Assembly (NCBI GenBank): GCA_019058295.1
Contig: JAHPZI010000016.1
Span: 58,021 to 99,899 of the forward strand
DNA length: 41,879 nt
Origin: Promethearchaeota archaeon
GTDB taxonomy: Archaea; Asgardarchaeota; Lokiarchaeia; Sigyniarchaeales; SOKP01
Direction of reading: 5' to 3'
The notes beneath the pieces were generated by a model that did no database searches, was not told where the DNA came from, and saw only the letters and a program-made list of their open reading frames with translations. A program made the position numbers and the translations under genes. Shown here in pieces: positions 19,286 to 30,191 of the stretch; position 1 is the first letter of the stretch, and each line of letters starts with the position of its first letter.

Positions 19286-20434
19286 TTGAATTTTGAACTT
19301 ACAGAACAACAAAAATTGGTTCGTCGCAGTGTGCGAAAATTCGCTGAGGAAGTTTTAGCACCAGTAGCCCCAACTTTTGATAGAGAAGCGAAATATAATG
19401 GGTATATTGTAAAAGAATTATCAAAAGTAAATTTATTTGGGATTCAACTTCCAGAAAAGTACGGAGGTGCTGATTTAGATTCTATAAGCTATGCAATTAC
19501 CATAGAAGAGATTTCTCGGATATGTGCATCTACAGGACTAATGTTATCTGTCCATAATTCTGTAGGAGCGTATCCTATTTATAATTGGGGTACAGAAGAG
19601 CAGAAGGAGCGGTATTTGCCTGATATTGCTACAGGAAAAAAAATCTCTGGTTTTTCTTGGACGGAGCCTAATGCGGGATCAGATGCCCAAGGGATAGAGT
19701 GTATTATGGTTCAGAAGGGAAATGATTTTGTTTTAAACGGTTCAAAAATATTTGTAACTAATGGTGCTATAGGATCTGTTATATTAATTGGGACGAGATA
19801 TAAAACCAATGATGGGCAAAATGGAATAGCAACCATAATACTTGAGAAAGATATGGAAGGATATGAAATTGGACAGCCAGAAGATAAAATGGGAGTAAGA
19901 GGTAATATTACAACTAGTTTATATTTTAATAATATTCGTGTCCCCAAAGAAAATATATTAGGTTCGCTTAATGATGGTTTTAGAATTGCAATGCAAACTT
20001 TAGATGTAGGAAGGATTGGTATAGCTGCCCAAGCGTTAGGAATCGCTCAAGCCGCTTATGAACATTCAGTCGAATATTCTAAAGGAAGAATTCAATTTAA
20101 AAGACCTATTTCGCAATTTCAGGGAATTTCATTTAAGCTTGCTGAAATGTCAACAAAAATAGATGCGGCAAGGTTGTTAATATATAGAGCAGCGTTTATG
20201 AAGGATACCAAAAAGAGATTCTCAAAAGAATCCGCTATGTGTAAATACTATGCAAGTAAAATTGCACGCCAAGTGACTCAGGAAGCGATTCAAATTCATG
20301 GAGGTTATGGTTATATGAAAGACTTACCTCTCGAAAGATACTATAGAGATGCGAAAGTAACTGAAATTTATGAAGGAACTAGTGAAATTATGAAACTTAT
20401 AATTGCCCAACAGATTTTAAGAGGTAATTTATAA
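19286..20434 (+). CDS. Acyl-CoA (butyryl-CoA-like) dehydrogenase
   Basis: TEPNAGSDA, LNGSKIFVTN, QIHGGYGY, YRDAKVTEIYEGTSEI (catalytic Glu). Confidence 0.95.
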   Translation: MNFELTEQQKLVRRSVRKFAEEVLAPVAPTFDREAKYNGYIVKELSKVNLFGIQLPEKYGGADLDSISYAITIEEISRICASTGLMLSVHNSVGAYPIYNWGTEEQKERYLPDIATGKKISGFSWTEPNAGSDAQGIECIMVQKGNDFVLNGSKIFVTNGAIGSVILIGTRYKTNDGQNGIATIILEKDMEGYEIGQPEDKMGVRGNITTSLYFNNIRVPKENILGSLNDGFRIAMQTLDVGRIGIAAQALGIAQAAYEHSVEYSKGRIQFKRPISQFQGISFKLAEMSTKIDAARLLIYRAAFMKDTKKRFSKESAMCKYYASKIARQVTQEAIQIHGGYGYMKDLPLERYYRDAKVTEIYEGTSEIMKLIIAQQILRGNL

Positions 20435-21243
20435 TGTTGAAAATATTTGTTTTAATAAAACAAGTCCCAAGCCTTCATAATCTTCAAATTGATAAACAAA
20501 CGGGAACGTTAATTCGAGAAGGTGTTGAAAATATTATAAATCCCGACGATTTATATGGTTTAGAATTAGGACTTAGTTTAAAAGAACAATATGGTGGAGA
20601 AATCACTGCTATAACAATGGGCCCTCCACAAGCGGAATTTGCATTAAGAGAATGTTTGTCAATGGGCGTCGATAAAAGCCTATTAATAACTGATGAACAA
20701 TTTGCTTACTCAGACACGCTCCAAACAACCTTAGTCTTGAAAGAGACTTTTCATAAAATAAAAGATTATGATATTATCATTACTGGGAGCCAAACATCAG
20801 ACTCAAGCACGGGACAAATACCTTTTCAGTTATCTGAAGCATTAGATATCCCATTAATTACAGACATTTTTACTATGGAAATTGAAAATAATATCTTTAA
20901 ATGTCATAGAAATTTTGGTCACGAGTCTCAAAATATTAGTGTGGAACTTCCAATCCTTATCCGTGTCAGAAGACATTTTAATGAGCCAAGACATATCTCG
21001 TTATCTGGAATAAAAAGAGCATTTGAAAAGGAAATTGAATTTAATGATTTTAATACATTTAACTGCCCTGAATATCTCGATGGGTGCAATAAATCTCCTA
21101 CAAATGTTGTTAAAACGGAGAAAATTGTTATTAAAAGAAAAAATGAGATTATTGAAGGAAATTTTAATGAAAAAGTACAAAAGCTATTAAAAATCATGCA
21201 GGAGCATGGAATAGAGAGAATTTGGACCGGGGATATGATTTAG
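20434..21243 (+). CDS. etfB: Electron transfer flavoprotein beta subunit
   Basis: IKQVP, INPDD, TMGPPQA, SDTLQT, GSQTSDSSTGQ; overlaps the upstream stop. Confidence 0.92.
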   Translation: MLKIFVLIKQVPSLHNLQIDKQTGTLIREGVENIINPDDLYGLELGLSLKEQYGGEITAITMGPPQAEFALRECLSMGVDKSLLITDEQFAYSDTLQTTLVLKETFHKIKDYDIIITGSQTSDSSTGQIPFQLSEALDIPLITDIFTMEIENNIFKCHRNFGHESQNISVELPILIRVRRHFNEPRHISLSGIKRAFEKEIEFNDFNTFNCPEYLDGCNKSPTNVVKTEKIVIKRKNEIIEGNFNEKVQKLLKIMQEHGIERIWTGDMI

Positions 21244-21260
21244 TAAGAAGGTGGAAAAAA

Positions 21261-22268
21261 TTGAGTAATATCAATGAGTATAGGGATGTATGGGTTTTTA
21301 CAGAAATAAAAGATCATGTAGAAGTTCATGAATGTGCATTACAAATTTTAGGGAAAGCAAGGGAAATTGCAGATAAATTAGGTCAAGAACTTATCTCAGT
21401 TGTATTAGCTCTAGATGCCGAACAATATCTACCGGTTATTGAAGAACACGGTGTTGATAAAATAATTTATTTAAACCACCAAGATTTAAAACATTATCAC
21501 GAACGGATTTTCACTGATCTAGTCTATGATCTCATCGAAAAATATAAACCATCTATTTTCTTATTTCCTTCTACAGAAGCTGGGAATGCATTAGCTGCTC
21601 GATTGGCTTATCGCTGCCGCACTGGATTAGTTAGTGATGTTTTAGATTTAGAACTAAGTGATGAATTTGGAAATAATTTATTAATTGGCGATAAACCAGC
21701 ATATTTAGGAAATATTGTAGCACAGATAATTTGCCCTAACACAAGACCACAAATGTGCACAGTTACTATGGGGACTTTCCAAAAAACTAAGATGAGAAAA
21801 GAAAATGTTGAAATTATGAAAATAGATTATAAATTCGACAAAAGCAAGATCAAAATAAAAATTTTAGAGGCCCCTACTCGTAAAGACAAACCATCATCTA
21901 CCCTTTCAGATGCGAAGTTTGTAATCGGGGGTGGCCATGGTTTAGTTTCTAAAGAAAATTTTGATAAATTATTTGATTTGGCAAAATTAACAAACGGTCA
22001 AGTTGGGGGAACAAGACGTCCGATTCTTAATGGCTGGATGCCTGAACATCTCCAGATAGGAATAAGCGGAGAAAGTATTTTTTCAGATTTATATTTGGCT
22101 TTTGGTATCTCTGGTGCGATCCAACATCTTGTGGGGATCACTGCTTCAAAAATAATAATAGCAATTAATAAAGATCCAAACGCAGGTATTTTTAAAGTTG
22201 CCGACTATTGCGTAATTGGAGATGCTAACGAGATCTTAGAGGGTTTACTAAATTATTTTAGAGTTTAA
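21261..22268 (+). CDS. etfA: Electron transfer flavoprotein alpha subunit (TTG 21261 preferred start)
   Basis: RPQMCTV, GGGHG, GGTR, QIGISG, GISGAIQH, AINKDPNAGIF; AAGGTG SD before TTG 21261. Confidence 0.92.
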   Translation: MSNINEYRDVWVFTEIKDHVEVHECALQILGKAREIADKLGQELISVVLALDAEQYLPVIEEHGVDKIIYLNHQDLKHYHERIFTDLVYDLIEKYKPSIFLFPSTEAGNALAARLAYRCRTGLVSDVLDLELSDEFGNNLLIGDKPAYLGNIVAQIICPNTRPQMCTVTMGTFQKTKMRKENVEIMKIDYKFDKSKIKIKILEAPTRKDKPSSTLSDAKFVIGGGHGLVSKENFDKLFDLAKLTNGQVGGTRRPILNGWMPEHLQIGISGESIFSDLYLAFGISGAIQHLVGITASKIIIAINKDPNAGIFKVADYCVIGDANEILEGLLNYFRV

Positions 22269-23980
22269 AAACCAGGAATACCTAATCCGAATGAGAGAGG
22301 ACTTAGTGTACATATAATTAATAAAATAAACACAGTATTCACAAGTGCTCCAGCCAATATTTTTCCGGTGTGTTGATATAAAAGCGCAGAAAGAAAAACA
22401 GCTAACAAAAACATTGGAATAGCAAAGTAGAAGAACATGTCATAAAACATAGTCCCTAATAAAACGCAGAAAATCAAAATAAAAGTAATAAAATACACCA
22501 TTAAAACGCTATACTGTAGCAATGCAGCCTTAAAGAAATTTTTAATCCCTTTTTCAAATTTTTCTTGGATGACCACTTGAAAGAATATACTAAATATTAA
22601 GAGCATAAAGAAGCCAAGAGCCAAGTATATTAGAACCCATGGAATTTTGTTTAACGAGGGAATAATCCCTAAATAATTTAACCCAATTGAGAGATATAGA
22701 ATTGTATATAAAATTGATGCTAGTATCGCTCCTAATGCAATTTCTCTAAGTAAATCCTCTCGCTTACCTCTAAATGGTTTTATTAAAATTTGTTTAATTG
22801 AACGATCGTTCTTTTTTCCAATTCTCCATAATAATATCAATATGCCAAATGCCTGCCCAAATAAAACTGCTGTCGATAATCCAGCAGTAGTTAATGGTAA
22901 AAACCAAAAAACCGTAAAAAATATAATAGCCATTCCTGGAATTGCCAAAACAAATGAATAAATGAGCGCTTTTAGTGATAAAGTTGTTATAGTCTCATCC
23001 TCTGTTTTTATTTCAAAAACCTCTTCCTCTTCTTCTTCTTTCGGCTTTATAATGAATTTTGCGAGAGGTTTAATTATTAAGAAAAAGAATCCTATTCCCC
23101 CTATTAATTGCATTATTAAAATTAAAAACCTAAAATTCACATAAAAATTTTCATCTATAGGCTCAACCTTAGGAAAAGTATTTATTGCCCAATCCCTTGC
23201 TTCTCGTATAAAATCTTGATCATATGCAGTTATAAAATGGTCTGAATTATCGTCGTAAAATAACATTGTAGCATTATCGTCTTCGAAACTTCCATATAAT
23301 TTGTTTACATGGACATCATCATCATCTATATTTAATCTATCTGCAATTTCTTCTTTACTTTGTTCAAGCTCACGACCTTGATCATATTTCGCAAGAATCA
23401 TGAGAATATTTAAATCTCTATTTTTACAATCTTCATAATCTAAGGCTAAACCTGTTCCAACTCCAATAAATAATTTAAAATCATTATCATCCTTAACAAC
23501 ATCATTTCCAGCAAACCCCCCCATAGAATAACCAATATAACCAAAACTATTTGTGTCAATATTTCCTTTATCTATTAAATACTGCTTTACTGCTTTTACA
23601 TCATTTTTTAATTTATTTCTTTCAACTTCACCACTACTTAATCCATGCCCTCTAAAATCAAGTGTTGCCACAAAAAATCCCGAAGTAGCCAATTCTATTG
23701 CATAATCTTTTAACATTTCCTTGTTCACCATTACTCCATGGCCAATTATTATGGCCGTCATCTTATCATTATGCCTGTCAATTGGTTCATATGTGTTGAA
23801 TGAAATTTGTTCGCCATCTTTTGTCTCTACCGTTAGATTATATTTAATTTCGATATTTGAAGGTGTAGTACAAATAAGAACTGTTCCAAAAATGAAAATC
23901 AATAGAAAAATAGATGATAAAATTATTCTCTTTTTATCTAAATCTCTTTTTTTTTCGGAATCTCTCTCAACAGGAGTCAT
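22265..23980 (-). CDS. Membrane-bound alpha/beta hydrolase with multi-TM C-terminal domain
   Basis: N-terminal TM, GHG oxyanion motif, DFRGHG, nucleophile GYSMG, SDH; ~8 C-terminal TM helices. Confidence 0.88.
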   Translation of the reverse strand: MTPVERDSEKKRDLDKKRIILSSIFLLIFIFGTVLICTTPSNIEIKYNLTVETKDGEQISFNTYEPIDRHNDKMTAIIIGHGVMVNKEMLKDYAIELATSGFFVATLDFRGHGLSSGEVERNKLKNDVKAVKQYLIDKGNIDTNSFGYIGYSMGGFAGNDVVKDDNDFKLFIGVGTGLALDYEDCKNRDLNILMILAKYDQGRELEQSKEEIADRLNIDDDDVHVNKLYGSFEDDNATMLFYDDNSDHFITAYDQDFIREARDWAINTFPKVEPIDENFYVNFRFLILIMQLIGGIGFFFLIIKPLAKFIIKPKEEEEEEVFEIKTEDETITTLSLKALIYSFVLAIPGMAIIFFTVFWFLPLTTAGLSTAVLFGQAFGILILLWRIGKKNDRSIKQILIKPFRGKREDLLREIALGAILASILYTILYLSIGLNYLGIIPSLNKIPWVLIYLALGFFMLLIFSIFFQVVIQEKFEKGIKNFFKAALLQYSVLMVYFITFILIFCVLLGTMFYDMFFYFAIPMFLLAVFLSALLYQHTGKILAGALVNTVFILLIICTLSPLSFGLGIPGF

Positions 23981-24077
23981 AAATTATCTCAAAAAACAAA
24001 TTAAAGATAATATATTTTTTATGTTAAGATTATTAAATCTTTTGTAATAAGAAGTTTTTTTAAAAAAGGATAATATA

Positions 24078-25895
24078 TTATCGTTTTCTTTTTAATTCAG
24101 CTAAAAGTTTCTCAGCATACTTCACAGTCTCTGCATGTTTAGTTTTCCATTTTCTTACTTCTTCTTCTAAATCTGATATATTATTTTTTAATCTTAATAG
24201 ATCCTCATCACTCGTAGCACTAGATTGCGGCATTTCTATTTCTTCCTTTTCCTTTAGTTTAAGATAGTTATATTTCTCTTTCCATACTTGAATTTCTGTT
24301 TTTAATTCTTTTATTGCCTCACTTTCATCCCCACTAAGAGTTGTAATACCCTTTTCCCCGCCTAAAGAAGCCGTTTGTAATCTCAATGATTCTACCTCCT
24401 TCTCAAGTTCTTTGATTCTTATCTTAAGTTTTGCGATTTCATCCATATAATCAGTAGCAGTCTTTGGTTTTTTCATTTCTTCGAACATTGATTTACCAGA
24501 TTCCAATTCTTCTTCCGTTTTCTTTCCTAGGATTTTATCTCTTCTTTTTTGCAACTCTTCTACTGTTTGTTCAGACAAGAAATCGAGCGGATTGAATCCT
24601 ACACCACCGTGCTTGGTTAATCTACGCCTCACCTTGACGAAAAGTGGTATACCCACTACAGCCTCCCCGCAAATTATACCTTCACCTTTATCTAGTCCAG
24701 AGATATCACCTTCATTTTCTTTACTCAAATCTTCAGCTGACTGTATTGTTATTCCGATATCTCTTACATCAGAGAGATTATGTACCACCCAAGTACCACT
24801 CTGAGCTCGAATTGTAACGTCTAAAAGTTGAGGACGCTGCGTACCAATTACTAAATTGGCGCCGAACTTTCTACCTTCCTGCGCAAACAATTTTACTACT
24901 TCAGATGTTTCAGTTTTCTTTTTTCCAGCAAATAAATGAGCTTCATCTAGAAATAAATAAAACGGAGGGATCTCTCGGCCAGTACTCGCTTTATATAACT
25001 TATTAAGAAGTTTCCCGGCTATAACCTCTTGAACTTCTAAATCGAGCCCTCTCATATTAATAATGGAACACAATCGTGGAGCAACTATATCTGTCGCCTC
25101 TAATGAGAAGAGATATTCAATGTCTACATCTCCACTAGGATTAATCTTTAGATCCGTAAATTCAACAATGTTATCAGCAAATTCACTTGCTCTTTCATCT
25201 TGAATCTTAGGAGCTTCTTCTGTAATATCTGTTTCTAGACTCTTGCCACAATGCTGACAAGTATTAGCATCTTCACTTACTTCTTCACCACACCAAGGGC
25301 ACACTCCTGATTTAACCGCAAAGGAAGCTGGTTTTTCTGCATCAATCTCTTCACTTGCGACTTTCAGGGATCCATATTCACCATGCCTATCAAGGATAAC
25401 CACAGGAATCCCTTTTTTCATGAATTCTTCGCAAAGCACACCCATAGTATAAGACTTACCGCTTCCAGATTTTCCAGTAATAAAAATACGACCAAAATTT
25501 TTTACTAAAAGATTAACTTCAAACCCATAACCAAGCAATTTACCTAAAGAAATTGATCTCTCTGGAGGGTTGAATATACCGAGTACTTTACTAATTTGTT
25601 CCATAGTAGCTAAATATACTTCACTTCCCGGTTCGAAAGGCTTTTTTGGACGTTCACCTAAGGCCATTAAATCGGCTTGCATGCCTTTCTTGTCAGTCCA
25701 CATCTCCAGAATACTCAATATATAATAATCCCTTGTCCCGTCTTTTTTTTCTTCTCCATAAATCGTAAAATAATTATTTCGTGAAACATTAGGATTTGTT
25801 ATAATCATACTTACTTGAGAAATTGTAGTTTTCCCAGTTAATCGCCCAACAGGTTCTCCAGCCCCTTCAATCAAATCTTCTCCTTCATCCGACAT
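24078..25895 (-). CDS. HerA/FtsK-like (DUF87) ATPase with zinc-ribbon insert and C-terminal coiled coil
   Basis: Walker A GKSGSGKS, ILDRHGEY, Walker B LFLDEAH, QEGRKFG, GTQRP; CPWC-x-CQHC insert; heptad-rich C-terminus. Confidence 0.88.
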   Translation of the reverse strand: MSDEGEDLIEGAGEPVGRLTGKTTISQVSMIITNPNVSRNNYFTIYGEEKKDGTRDYYILSILEMWTDKKGMQADLMALGERPKKPFEPGSEVYLATMEQISKVLGIFNPPERSISLGKLLGYGFEVNLLVKNFGRIFITGKSGSGKSYTMGVLCEEFMKKGIPVVILDRHGEYGSLKVASEEIDAEKPASFAVKSGVCPWCGEEVSEDANTCQHCGKSLETDITEEAPKIQDERASEFADNIVEFTDLKINPSGDVDIEYLFSLEATDIVAPRLCSIINMRGLDLEVQEVIAGKLLNKLYKASTGREIPPFYLFLDEAHLFAGKKKTETSEVVKLFAQEGRKFGANLVIGTQRPQLLDVTIRAQSGTWVVHNLSDVRDIGITIQSAEDLSKENEGDISGLDKGEGIICGEAVVGIPLFVKVRRRLTKHGGVGFNPLDFLSEQTVEELQKRRDKILGKKTEEELESGKSMFEEMKKPKTATDYMDEIAKLKIRIKELEKEVESLRLQTASLGGEKGITTLSGDESEAIKELKTEIQVWKEKYNYLKLKEKEEIEMPQSSATSDEDLLRLKNNISDLEEEVRKWKTKHAETVKYAEKLLAELKRKR

Positions 25896-26111
25896 GAAAA
25901 AATCACTTTTATTATAATTTTTAATTTTTTTATTTTAATACCATTAGATATTAACTATCATTGACAACTTAAAAAGAGTATTTAAATGTTTAATAGTCTA
26001 AATTTTAATTTTTAATTTTCAAATTAATTTTACATTAATTTACTTATCGTCTTAACCAAAAAAGAAAAAAATAAAAAAAATAATATTTTGTAAGTAAATT
26101 TAATTTAGATA

Positions 26112-27119
26112 CTATAATTTTTGGACGATCAGATCTGCCATTCTATTTGAATATCCCCATTCGTTATCATACCATGAAACTACGCTAATTAAATTACCAA
26201 TAGATTTTGTCCAGAGACTTGAGAAAATTGAACTTGCGGGATTTCCAACTATATCGGTACTTACGATTGGATCATCAGTGTATTCTAAAATTCCCTTCAA
26301 AGGACCATCGGCAGCTGCTTTCATTTTAGCATTAACTTCATTTGCAGAGGCTGCTTGAGCGACGTTAACTTTTAAATCTACGACACTACCATCAGGAGTA
26401 GGTACACGCATCGCAATCCCATCTAGTTTTCCTTGTAATTCTGGGAAAACTGAACCAATTGCTTTTGCCGCCCCTGTGGATGTTGGTAGTATATTTGCCG
26501 CAGCACCTCTTCCTCTGATCATTTTAACTGGATCCCCTGACCTTGCTGTGTCAACGGTTCTCTGATCTCCTGTATATGAATGGATAGTAGTCATTATTCC
26601 GTTTTGGATATTAAAATTATCATTCAAAACTTTAACAACTGGAGCTAAACAATTTGTTGTGCAGCTCGCATTAGAGATAATTTTATGATCTGCAGTTATT
26701 TTGTCGTCGTTGCATCCAATTACTACTGTTATGTCTGGATCTACAGCAGGAGCACTAATTAATACACGTTTAGCACCGGCTTGTAGATGTTTTGATGCGC
26801 CATCTCTATTTACAAAAAATCCTGTAGATTCTACAGCAACGTCAATGTTATTACTTCCATGTGGTAAGTTTGCTGGGTCTCTTTCAGCTGTTATCGGAAT
26901 TGTTTTTCCATTTACAATTAATGAATTTGATCCCGCCTCCACAGTTCCCTTGAATCTTCCGAATACTGAATCATATTTTAAACTATACGCCAAATACTTA
27001 GGTTCAAATAAATCATTAATAGTTACTACTTCAATTTCATTAGGATATTTCTCCGTAAGTGCTCTAAAGAAGTTCCTTCCGATTCGTCCGAAGCCATTTA
27101 TTGCAACTCTTTTTACCAT
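26112..27119 (-). CDS. gap: Type I (bacterial/eukaryotic-type) glyceraldehyde-3-phosphate dehydrogenase
   Basis: [45 protein letters not shown]. Confidence 0.97.
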   Translation of the reverse strand: MVKRVAINGFGRIGRNFFRALTEKYPNEIEVVTINDLFEPKYLAYSLKYDSVFGRFKGTVEAGSNSLIVNGKTIPITAERDPANLPHGSNNIDVAVESTGFFVNRDGASKHLQAGAKRVLISAPAVDPDITVVIGCNDDKITADHKIISNASCTTNCLAPVVKVLNDNFNIQNGIMTTIHSYTGDQRTVDTARSGDPVKMIRGRGAAANILPTSTGAAKAIGSVFPELQGKLDGIAMRVPTPDGSVVDLKVNVAQAASANEVNAKMKAAADGPLKGILEYTDDPIVSTDIVGNPASSIFSSLWTKSIGNLISVVSWYDNEWGYSNRMADLIVQKL

Positions 27120-27319
27120 TTTATTATCACTTTATTTTTTTAATGGTACTTTATGTGAAAATTAGTGATTTTATATTATGTTCACTAATTTATTAATTTT
27201 TTAGATTTCTAAGAACTGTAAAAAATAAGTCTAAAAAATGAATACTTCTTAACTTAAAAAAAAAAATCTAATTTCTAAAGAATAGAATCTAACCAATACC
27301 AAAGATATAAATAGTCAAC

Positions 27320-27964
27320 ATGAAAATAATATTCTATACAAAAAATTCCACAAATAACTTTCCGAAGTGTGAATTCATGAAAGATAAAAAAAGATCTAAG
27401 AAAAAATCTAAAAATTTTATGCCTGATCCTAACAGAAACCCATATAGGGTAAGAAATTCACCTCAATCTCCTATGCACACAGAAAATCTTGAAGAGCTCC
27501 TAAAAAATGCGGTGGAACTTGAAAATTTAGGGGATTTCGAAAAAGCTATTATGACATTTATACACATAACTGATAAAGATCCTACTAAATCGGAAGCATG
27601 GTATTACAGAGGAAAGGCACATTGTGCTTTAGCTGAATTTGAAAATGCGTTAAAATGTTTTGGGAAAGCACAACAATTAGGATTTCGGGCTATGCAGCTT
27701 ATGATGTATGGTGTAACTGCAAAATCAAATTTAATGAATTTTAAGAGACCTAATTTATCTCAATCTCATTTAGCAAAAGTTGAAGTTGAATGCCCTGACT
27801 ATTTTCCAAGTGAGGAATCATGGTTATTGACTGGTGCTGCCTATCAAATGTTAATGCAATATGAAGAAGCGTACAAGTCATATCAAAATTCTTTAGTGAA
27901 AAATCCCAATTTTGAACCCGCTAAGAAAAATTTAGAATTTATCGCATTTTTATCGCAGAAATAG
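27320..27964 (+). CDS. TPR-repeat protein (start uncertain)
   Basis: EAWYYRGKAHCALAEFENALKCF; SWLLTGAAYQMLMQYEEAYKSY...NP. Confidence 0.8.
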   Translation: MKIIFYTKNSTNNFPKCEFMKDKKRSKKKSKNFMPDPNRNPYRVRNSPQSPMHTENLEELLKNAVELENLGDFEKAIMTFIHITDKDPTKSEAWYYRGKAHCALAEFENALKCFGKAQQLGFRAMQLMMYGVTAKSNLMNFKRPNLSQSHLAKVEVECPDYFPSEESWLLTGAAYQMLMQYEEAYKSYQNSLVKNPNFEPAKKNLEFIAFLSQK

Positions 27965-28092
27965 GCAAACCTTAAAGTGAAGACAATGGAGTTTAATAGT
28001 AGGACTAAAAAGGACTATTAAAAGCACAGAGCATTGAATCAAAAATATGAAAAATATTTAAAATAAATAGATTTAAATAAGTATTAAATGAT

Positions 28093-28872
28093 TTAAACTT
28101 CGGGTTCTTCTTCCGTTCCTTTTCCCATTAACCTAAGAACAGAATCAGCTAATTTGTTTTGACTAAAACTCTTGATACCTTTGATTTTTCCTTCCTTTCC
28201 GAGAACGCGTAACATTATTCCATTCCAAACTGAGGATGCTTCTCCTTTTACTTTTTTAAATCGGTCTCTAAAGACTTTTACACTAATATTGTCGTAATTT
28301 TTTGATGCCTCACTACATTTATAACATAAAATACATTTGTCCTCATCCACTACCACATCATTTCCTTCCTTAGACAATGCACCTGTAGAACATTCCTCGG
28401 CAAATTTTTCTATTAAATTTGTATCTTTTTCAGTACAAGTAATTTTAATACTTCCTTCAACTACTTTACGAACTTCCTGACCACTTTCCAAAGTTCGCAC
28501 TTCTTCCTCAAATTCGGGAAGTGAACCATTATCAACTAAGTTTAATTTCTTTTCACCATTAATATACAACTCTAATGTATATCCGGGGCAGATCCATGTG
28601 CAGCATCCACACCATATACACTTATCAGTGTCAACTACAATTTTTAGGTCAGAGTCGACTCCCATCTCATCTGGTGTTCCAATTGCGGTTCTTTTCAAGG
28701 GTATCTCTTTTCCCTCAACTTCCATGGTTGTAACGGGACACACTCTATGACAAAATCCACATTCAATACATTTTTCCTCGTCGTATCTTAGAACCATATC
28801 ATGATTGAGCATCTTATATTCATAATTAGTGATATTTCCTTCCTTAATCGCTTTTTTTGATGGTAATGCCAT
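28093..28872 (-). CDS. 4Fe-4S ferredoxin / polyferredoxin-like protein
   Basis: CIECGFCHRVCP, CIWCGCCTWICP, partial CILCYKC and ECSTGAL. Confidence 0.9.
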   Translation of the reverse strand: MALPSKKAIKEGNITNYEYKMLNHDMVLRYDEEKCIECGFCHRVCPVTTMEVEGKEIPLKRTAIGTPDEMGVDSDLKIVVDTDKCIWCGCCTWICPGYTLELYINGEKKLNLVDNGSLPEFEEEVRTLESGQEVRKVVEGSIKITCTEKDTNLIEKFAEECSTGALSKEGNDVVVDEDKCILCYKCSEASKNYDNISVKVFRDRFKKVKGEASSVWNGIMLRVLGKEGKIKGIKSFSQNKLADSVLRLMGKGTEEEPEV

Positions 28873-28949
28873 TTTATCTCAGTTAGAATTTTTCTTATTA
28901 TAATTAATTATTAATTGAAAATAATAAAAAAATTATGATTATAACAATA

Positions 28950-28973
28950 TAAATTTCAAAAGACAAATTTTTT
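28950..28973. repeat. 24-bp direct repeat, copy 1 (taaatttcaaaagacaaatttttt)
   Basis: Identical to 29649..29672. Confidence 0.85.
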
Positions 28974-28990
28974 TATAGCATTGATTTTTT

Positions 28991-29500
28991 TTATTCTAAC
29001 GATTTCAAACCTTCTTTTGCTTGCTCATTATTTGGATTAATCTCAAGAACTTGCTTGTAACATTCAATCGCTTTCGGAGAATTTTGTAATTCTTTATAAG
29101 AATCTCCCATAATTCTAAGTACAGCCTCGTAGTTAGGTCGAACATTAGGCGTTTTAGGATCGACTTTAAGGGATTTCTCTAAACTTTTTATGGCTTCCTT
29201 ATAATTCTTTAAGTGATAAGAAGAGAACCCTACTCCATACCATGCAAGAACAAAGCTGGAGTCGACTTTAACCAATTTTTTATATGTTTCATATGCTTTT
29301 TGATAATTTTCTAAACTTAAATAAGCAGATCCTGTGTTATATAACGCCATACGAAGCTGCTGTTTATCTTTTAAACCGAGTTTAATCGCATTTTCATAAC
29401 TTTCAATCACTTTTTGATAATCTTTTGCTCTAAAATGAGCCCCTCCATCTCCGTACCAATATTCAGCATCTTTACCGTCTATTTCTTTAGGCATTTTCAA
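28991..29500 (-). CDS. TPR-repeat protein
   Basis: Four TPR units, e.g. AWYGVGFSSYHLKNYKEAIKSLEKSLKVDP, AIECYKQVLEINPNN. Confidence 0.92.
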   Translation of the reverse strand: MKMPKEIDGKDAEYWYGDGGAHFRAKDYQKVIESYENAIKLGLKDKQQLRMALYNTGSAYLSLENYQKAYETYKKLVKVDSSFVLAWYGVGFSSYHLKNYKEAIKSLEKSLKVDPKTPNVRPNYEAVLRIMGDSYKELQNSPKAIECYKQVLEINPNNEQAKEGLKSLE

Positions 29501-29648
29501 TATAACCCTTTAAATTTAAATTTCTTATTAATGCTAAAATTATTTCTTTTTCATTGTTTATAAAGTTATTTTACTAAGATCTTCTTATTTCTATCGGTTT
29601 TACTGGTACGGATATTGACACCCATCATGGAGACTATGTAAGAGTTCG

Positions 29649-29672
29649 TAAATTTCAAAAGACAAATTTTTT
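29649..29672. repeat. 24-bp direct repeat, copy 2
   Basis: Identical to 28950..28973. Confidence 0.85.
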
Positions 29673-29690
29673 CAATACAAACAGGGAGGA

Positions 29691-30140
29691 TTAATTTATT
29701 TTATCTCTCCGTCTACCATAAATAAGATAAGCAATAATTAATATTTCAAAAATTATTGCGGTATACGCGTATCCTGCTGCTGATTGAATCCAAAAATAAA
29801 GTATTAAATTCATACCTAAAATTATTCCAAAAAATATACTATCTAACAGGAATTTAATAAAACAAATAATACCACCCAAAATAATTGCATCTAGTGCCCA
29901 TCTTTCGGGAATTATTGGGGTATCCTTTTCGTATTTCCAAACATATATCGTAAGAAAAAAGAGAGCAATAACGAGATTTACTATAAATAAAATAATATAG
30001 AGAGGAAGATTAAGACTTTTATATAGTTCGTAAGTTGTAAAATCTACGAAAGCTGAACCTGTTATAAACAATGACCATACCCAGGAATCACAACCAAGAA
30101 TTATTGCTACTATTAAAGATTTAAAATTTATTTTTACCAT
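29691..30140 (-). CDS. Hypothetical 4-TM membrane protein
   Basis: Four hydrophobic segments. Confidence 0.75.
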   Translation of the reverse strand: MVKINFKSLIVAIILGCDSWVWSLFITGSAFVDFTTYELYKSLNLPLYIILFIVNLVIALFFLTIYVWKYEKDTPIIPERWALDAIILGGIICFIKFLLDSIFFGIILGMNLILYFWIQSAAGYAYTAIIFEILIIAYLIYGRRRDKIN

Positions 30141-30191
30141 TTAAATAACAGAATAATATTATTATTTAATTTCTCAAAAAAATTATTAAAA

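Noticed and set aside
19286-22268. acd-etfB-etfA operon as a novel system
   Set aside because: Standard, well-known arrangement
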